Assembly (NCBI RefSeq): GCF_000315625.1
Contig: NW_005434657.1
Span: 411,319-475,318 of the forward strand
Direction: 5' to 3'
Source of the DNA: Guillardia theta CCMP2712
Taxonomy: Eukaryota > Protista > Cryptophyta
DNA length: 64,000 nt
Position numbers and translations under genes: made by a program. This document shows, piece after piece, positions 58,052 through 64,000 of this stretch. The notes beneath the pieces are model-generated. The model did no database searches. It was not told the origin of the DNA and was given only the letters and a program-made list of their open reading frames with translations. How positions within the stretch are numbered: the first letter of the stretch is position 1; each line of letters begins with the position of its first letter.

Positions 58052-58581
58052 ACCTCCCCTTCGTCTCCTCCTCCTCCTCCTCCTCCTCCTCCTCCTCCTC
58101 CTCCTCCTCCTCCTCCTCCTCCTCCTCCTCCTCCTCCTCCTGCATGTACCATGCTATCCAGCTCCTCTCAAGAGGCTCCCATCCCTCTCCCTTGTCTCCC
58201 CATGCCCCACTTCTAACCATGTGCCCCGACACCCTCCAACCCCACCCCTGCCCCCTGCCCCCGTCTCCTCCTGATGCTAACCCCATCGCTGGTGCAGCTG
58301 TAAGGTCCGAAAAGCCTCGCGTGTACGGCCAGCGAGCAAGGCCCAGCTTCCGGCAGCACGTCTTCAAGCTCGTCAGCGACATCCCCTGCCATCGTCGTCA
58401 CCGCGTCCTCCATCGCCCCCAGCAGACAGGACAAGGAGGAGCTTACCAGGGAGCAGGCGGCGTCTTCCTGCCTCATGTGGAAGTAGGGGCTCAGGGAGTC
58501 GAGGGTGAGCTGGACGGTGACGGGAGCGTGGTTAAGAGATCTGGCTCTGACGGAGCAGGAGGGGAGGGGAGGAGAGGTCAT
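58052..58581 (-). CDS. Small RWP-RK transcription factor (paralogue C) with a poly-Glu tail running into the gap; intron 58386-58446
   Basis: YFHMRQEDAACSL|GMSLTSLKTCCRKLGLARWPYTR...EGWEPLERSWIAWYMQEEEE. Confidence 0.85.
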
Positions 58582-59531
58582 GGAGGCAGTGTGCTGGTAT
58601 GCGAGGAAGGTGCGAGGTCAGTGCGGTGAAGCAAACGGCGTCAAAACGGAACAGCATGGACTACTTCAGGCTGCGGGTAAAGCTTCTTACTACGTGACAC
58701 TTACTTAGGATCGCTGACTGGATGCCTTACAACCCGTGTATTCCCCATGTTCTCGTTGGCTGTGAGGGGGTGGGGGTGTGTGACTAAGCGAACACGTCAC
58801 TGCCGTAACGACGCAAGTGAGGGTCGGGGTGGATGGATGTATTATCGGACCTACCCTGTTCCCCAGTGATGAGAGGTCAAAGGAGGGGGTGGGTGTACAG
58901 GTTTGCCTCCATTGCTGCAACGTTTCGCTCAGCCCATGGACGTGTGGGGGGTGGGGTACTGAGAGCCGATGTGTGGGTTACTACAGTACCAAACTGTACC
59001 CGTCAGACGATCTCGCTTGAATCTCGCGGCCGCCGCCGGGCTCGGTGAACCGTCACGGCCGCGAGACATGAGGGGAGACCCGATAGGCTCCGATGGGTAG
59101 GTGCCGCGATGTGATGATCGGAAGTCACAAGCTCCGAGCCAGACTCGACGCTGCAAGTCTTTTACTCAAAGTTAAGTTAAAGATCGGTACGAGGTAGAGC
59201 GTGTTGCCTGGACTTCGTTGTTTCAACAATCGATCACCGGGAGGACGTGCCTGAGTGGCGAACCCCGATCTACGAGGCATTACTGCTGGCCCCTGGACTC
59301 ACGGACCCTCACTGAGAATGGAACTGATGGTCCGTCAGATCTCAGGCGAGTTTTGATGATCTCACTTTAACCGGTTTGTTGTGTTCATAACGTTGCCAAA
59401 GCAACTGTTCTTGCAGAGAAACAACACAAACATCACTTCCATTGTTTTTTCTTCTTCTTTCAACTCTACAGAGAATCATGCTTGTAGAGAGTGTGTTGCT
59501 AAAACTTTTCATCTTGTGTTGCCAGCACGTT

Positions 59532-60084
59532 TCATTTGTACGCCCAATTCTCAGATTCCTCGTCTCTGTCCTCCTCGTTCTCCTGGTCCTCCTGCACGTA
59601 CCATGCTATCCAGCTCCTCTCAAGAGGCTCCCATCCCTCTCCCTCCCATCCCTCTCCCTCTCCCTCCTCTCCCTCTCGCCCTCGCTCTCGCTCACCCTCC
59701 TCTCCCTCTCCCTCCTCTCCCTTATTCAAGTCTGAAAGACTCGGCAGGACCGAAGCCGATCCCTCCTCCCCTCCTGACACATCCGACTCGCTTGATGCTG
59801 CCTGCCTGTCTGTTCCGCCTCGCATGTACGGCCAGCGAGCAAGGCCCAGCTTCCGGCAGCACGTCTTCAAGCTCGTCAGCGACATCCCCTGCCATCGTCG
59901 TCACCGCGTCCTCCATCGCCCCCAGCAGACAGGACAAGGAGGGGCTTACCAGGGAGCAGGCGGCGTCTTCCTGCCTCATGTGGAAGTAGGGGCTCAGGGA
60001 GTCGAGGGTGAGCTGGACGGTGACGGGGGGGCGATGGTGGATTCTGGCTCGGACGGAGCAGGAGGGGAGGGGAGGAGAGGTCAT
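59532..60084 (-). CDS. Small RWP-RK transcription factor (paralogue D)
   Basis: Same exon 1 and intron. RWPYMR...EGWEPLERSWIAWYV. Confidence 0.9.
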
Positions 60085-60652
60085 GGAGGCAGTGTGCTGG
60101 TATGCGAGGAAGGTGCGAGGTCAGTGCGGTGAAGCAAACGGCGTCAAACTGAGTTGCGTGCAATCGCTAACTCAAATTCTCCCGAATAAAACTTCTTAAA
60201 AAGGTCGAACAAGTCACGGGGCAACGCTATCTCGACTGAATCTCGCGGCCTCCGTCAGCACCTGGTGGCTCATGGCGCACTCTCAGTCGCAAGAATCAGT
60301 TATGGCTGGCAGTTACATCACCCGAGGGGCCGCAGTCTTGGGGCCTTTGGAGTTCAGCAATTCCGATGATCCGGTGGCCCGGTCGGACTTTGCCGAGAAC
60401 ATCAGAAATTGAAAGGCGGCAGACAGTCACCCGCGCTGCTCAGCGAAACTCCCTAAGACCTTCGGTAGAAGTACTTCACTGCTCAAAGGCCAGTCAAGTT
60501 TCTGACCTCATCATCAGCCGTTCAACTTTTGCATTGGGAGGTTAGACTAGTTCTGACACCCATGGCGGCTGGACAGACATCAAGCAAGGACGACTGTCAT
60601 ATCGTGTGCAATCTCGAGTTGGTCGAGTTTACTAGCGATTCTAGATCAGCGT

Positions 60653-62026
60653 ACATCTAGCCGTTACATGCTTACAGTCCTTTGAGAGTCCTTCGCATGA
60701 CTTTGTTAACGATCAAGGCTAAGCCTAGCCTTGTCTGTCCCTTACCTTGGGTAGGTCCAATCTGAGTTGAGCTCGCTGTGCTAGGGCTCTGATACGCTCC
60801 AGCTGCTGCCTTCTTGGAGATTACTCTCTCAGAAGACTTGGCTTTCAACTTACTGACGATGCTTGTCATCTGACTCTTGCTCACGAGTCTTTTCAGACTC
60901 TGCTCTCTGCTTCTGCTAGTCTGCAACCTTAGGACATCGCAAGCACGACTCCCAGAACGACGAATTCGCTTGAATGAAGTCCCCCATGACTTCCATATCA
61001 TGACGTTCCACAGCAGCGCCTCGCAAGGCACGCTGCGACAAATGGTTACACACAGAGTCAGTGCCAGTGGCCTCTGCCGTGTCTTGAGAACTTCAAGTAG
61101 CAACTGAAACACGGTTGCCACATGGTCATGACATCCTTGTTATGTCCAATATCGAGGATTCTGTCAAAGAATCCCTCGAGTCAATGCTCTTTGCTGACCT
61201 GGGAGAGCTCCAGGGTGCACGTAAACATGCTTGTCATGAGATCGCATCACATGTGGCGACTGTCCTGCGATCTCCATGCGCCGGAGAACGCGATCTCGTT
61301 GGACAGCTGTGAATCGAAGTCTCTTTGACCTCCGCTTCAATCTTGGCGGCGGTATCGTCGCGGCCAAATGTTCATGTGAGGCCCTGCTTCAGCATGTCTT
61401 TCACAACTCCTGGGACCACGTTGAACGTAGCCATCCTATGGCACGGCGTGTGTAAGGGATCGAACCTTGATCCCAGCGCTCAGAAGTTGGAGGTTTCTGT
61501 TTCGACATTCCATCAGGGCTCCCAGCCGCCGCTTGGAGGCCACCTGCTAGGGGAATGCCGCGTCATATGCTATGTCATGCACGTCCTACAAGACTTCCTT
61601 CCATGATTTCCTCGTTGTGTCTTGAACGACTGCCTCCAGGCAGCCATGTCAGTGTTGTCGTTGTCCCGCAAGGCTCATCCAGAACAGTGGAGAGGGGGGA
61701 AGACAACACACATCACAAGACTCACTACAACACCAACACTGTCGCTACCGAAGCGTGTCACACTCCGAAGCTTTACGGGTTGCAGACGTCCAGAGCGAAA
61801 GCTCAAGGCACCTCTGCTGGATCACACATAGAGGTGTAGTGTAGTGATGTCGAGTCTCGGCCAGCAGGGATCATCCTCTAGAGCACATCTAGCCGTTACA
61901 TGCTTACAGTCCTTTGAGAGTCCTTCCCCTGACTTTGTTAACGATCAAGGCTAAGCCTAGCCTTGTCTGTCCCTTACCTTGTGTAGGTCCAATCTGAGTT
62001 GAGCTCGCTTTGCTAGGGCTCTGATA
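60653..62026. repeat. 142-bp direct repeats (60653-60794 and 61885-62026) bracketing about 1.1 kb of decayed coding-like DNA
   Basis: acatctagccgttacatgcttacagtcc...ctagggctctgata occurs twice with a few mismatches. Confidence 0.8.
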
Positions 62027-62452
62027 GAGACGGGATAGCATTAACTTTGTTTTTAAGGATTGAAACATGCGTATTCATTGCCGACTAAGAATACAGAAAC
62101 CGGTATGATTGATAAAATACTCTTTACCATTTCGCACAGATTCTCTTTCTTTCTGGGCAACTCTGAGCAGGACTGGGTCTTCAGACCCCGTCTAGTTGTT
62201 GCAACATGCGAGCATCAAGTGGCTGTTTGTATGACACTGAGTCAGACAATCTGCTCAGCCTGCAGTCATACAATAAGTGAATGGTGCAAAGGAGCAGTAC
62301 AGGGCAAGTTTAAACCCCATGAGTTCAAGTGACTTCTGTGAGACATCATCGGTGAGAAGCTGAAGAATTTAAGAAGGTGATGGGTGCAATTTTCAATCCC
62401 ATGGGTTTAATCGTATCTGAGCATGCAGCAGCAACAGGCTTTGGTTTCTACA

Positions 62453-62999
62453 CTAGTGAGCACCCTCGAGGTCAGAGAGATTCTCCTCGTCTCTCGTCAT
62501 GTACCATGCTATCCAGCTCCTCTCAAGAGGCTCCCATCCCTCTCCCTCCTCCCAACTGCCTTCCAACCGCTGCCCTGTCTCTACCTCTGTCTCGACATGT
62601 TCTGCGAATATTCTCTTCTCTCTGCTGATCCTCGTGTCTCCTTCCTCATGGCTCCCTGCTGCAGTCAAGACTGCAGCCGATTCCCGCCCTCCGCCCTCCC
62701 CTCCTTTGAGAGGTTCTGAAACAACAAGCTGCTCTTGTGCAGTAGGCCAGCGAGCAAGGCCCAGCTTCCGGCAGCACGTCTTCAAGCTCGTCAGCGACAT
62801 CCCCTGCCATCGTCGTCACCGCATCCACCATCGCCCCCAGCAGGCAGGACAAGGAGTGGCTTACCAGGGAGTAGGCGGCGTCTTCCTGCCTCATGTGGAA
62901 GTAGGGGCTCAGGGAGTCGAGGGTGAGCTGGACGGTGACGGGGGGGCGATGGTGGACTCTGGCTCGGACGGAGCAGGAGGGAACAGGGTTTGTGGTCAT
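62453..62999 (-). CDS. Small RWP-RK transcription factor (paralogue E) with a degenerate RWPTAQ motif
   Basis: YFHMRQEDAAYSL|GMSLTSLKTCCRKLGLARWPTAQ...EGWEPLERSWIAWYM. Confidence 0.85.
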
Positions 63000-64000
63000 C
63001 GTGATAACCTTTGCTGCTTGTGTAACGAGCTGCAAGTTTTCTGTCTCGGATTTGGTTTGTAGAGAAGTTCTTGTCTACTGTCACTCGTGCACTCGCTTCT
63101 GTCTACAGGGTTGGTCGGGAACTAGCGGAGCCTCTGGGTAGCTTTCATCGCTTGCTCCCCATTCATGGTCGTCAGCCCCGATATCAAATAAAGCCTCCAC
63201 ATGCAGGGCCGATGACAGTCAGCAGGTCACGCGACAGTTAAACCTGGAAGTCACGACCACGAGCCGTGCACATATCCGGGGCCAGAGATTTGAATTGGCT
63301 TCCTGTAAAATCGAAATTCTTTGAGAGAAGTTGGGGATTGTGAATCGGATCTGGCCGTCATCACGGAGCACATAATTGTTCCCCTAGGGGGTGTCGGGGG
63401 CAAATTATATCGTTCCTTGACGCTTGCCAGCTAGGGCATTTGCTCTGAGGCTGACACACTGCCGTGCGCCGCCGGGCCCACTGGCACCCGAGATGCACGG
63501 CACCGGGTGTTAAGACTGCCCTGGCAGGGCCGTCAACCGTGCTGATGACGTGCCAGGGTGGCAGATCGTCACCGGGCACCGTACATTGAGCCTCGGAGAG
63601 TGACCGGATAGGGTTGGTGCTCACTGTCTTTTGGTCGGAGAGCCTTGCGAGAGTCTTGCCACTCTCTGGTCAAAGCAAACTGACTGAAGCCTCCTCGCCC
63701 TCTCAGGATCTCAGGATCACCTGAGACGGCGAGGCCGAGAGACCATCCAGCGCTGCCGTTTCCTTGTTCGCCAAGCGACCCGCCAGCCACCAAAGAAAGC
63801 GCAACCGGCATCATCCTGCAGGAGTCCATCAGTGCTCAGCGGCTGGCGATGATGGGAAGAAAGGCCTTTGGCTGGACGTGCTGAGCAGATGCGTTACCCG
63901 GTATCCCAAAATCCCCTACGATCTTCAGGGCCATGTTGGGAAACGTTTTTTGCCTGGTCAGTGCCGGGAACGCCTTGCACGTGGACGCGGCATCTCACAC

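Noticed and set aside
60783-60796. GTATCAGAGC resembling a tRNA-iMet primer-binding site
   Set aside because: It lacks the TGG and lies at the edge of the repeat itself rather than just inside a 5' LTR.
63100-64000. Coding-like sequence at the right end
   Set aside because: All frames are interrupted and there is no recognisable motif, so it cannot be called.

Overview
Intron-rich eukaryotic nuclear DNA. Short (about 45-60 nt) GT-AG introns with CTGAC-like branch points, longer introns swollen by (GGA)n/(CCT)n tracts, a signal peptide followed by Phe at +1, and many small RWP-RK genes suggest a cryptophyte such as Guillardia (inference). Recognisable genes: a PhyH-type Fe/2OG dioxygenase (probably plastid-targeted), a METTL21-like methyltransferase, CAAX protease RCE1, SmD1, pentafunctional AROM, an RCC1-repeat protein, an O-fucosyltransferase-like protein, a C2-PH single-domain voltage-gated channel, an SLC35F/EamA transporter, RPL12, an ankyrin+TBC RabGAP, and PCIF1/CAPAM. 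There are five small RWP-RK paralogues: four have near-identical ends and intron around unrelated central linkers, and one is divergent and frameshifted. Intergenic regions repeatedly contain two odd compositional modules, a palindrome-rich CCGG/GACTC/GTCAC type and a strand-biased TACCC/CACCC type, plus a shared ~28-bp motif. Gene ends are manual estimates, and two N gaps hide sequence.
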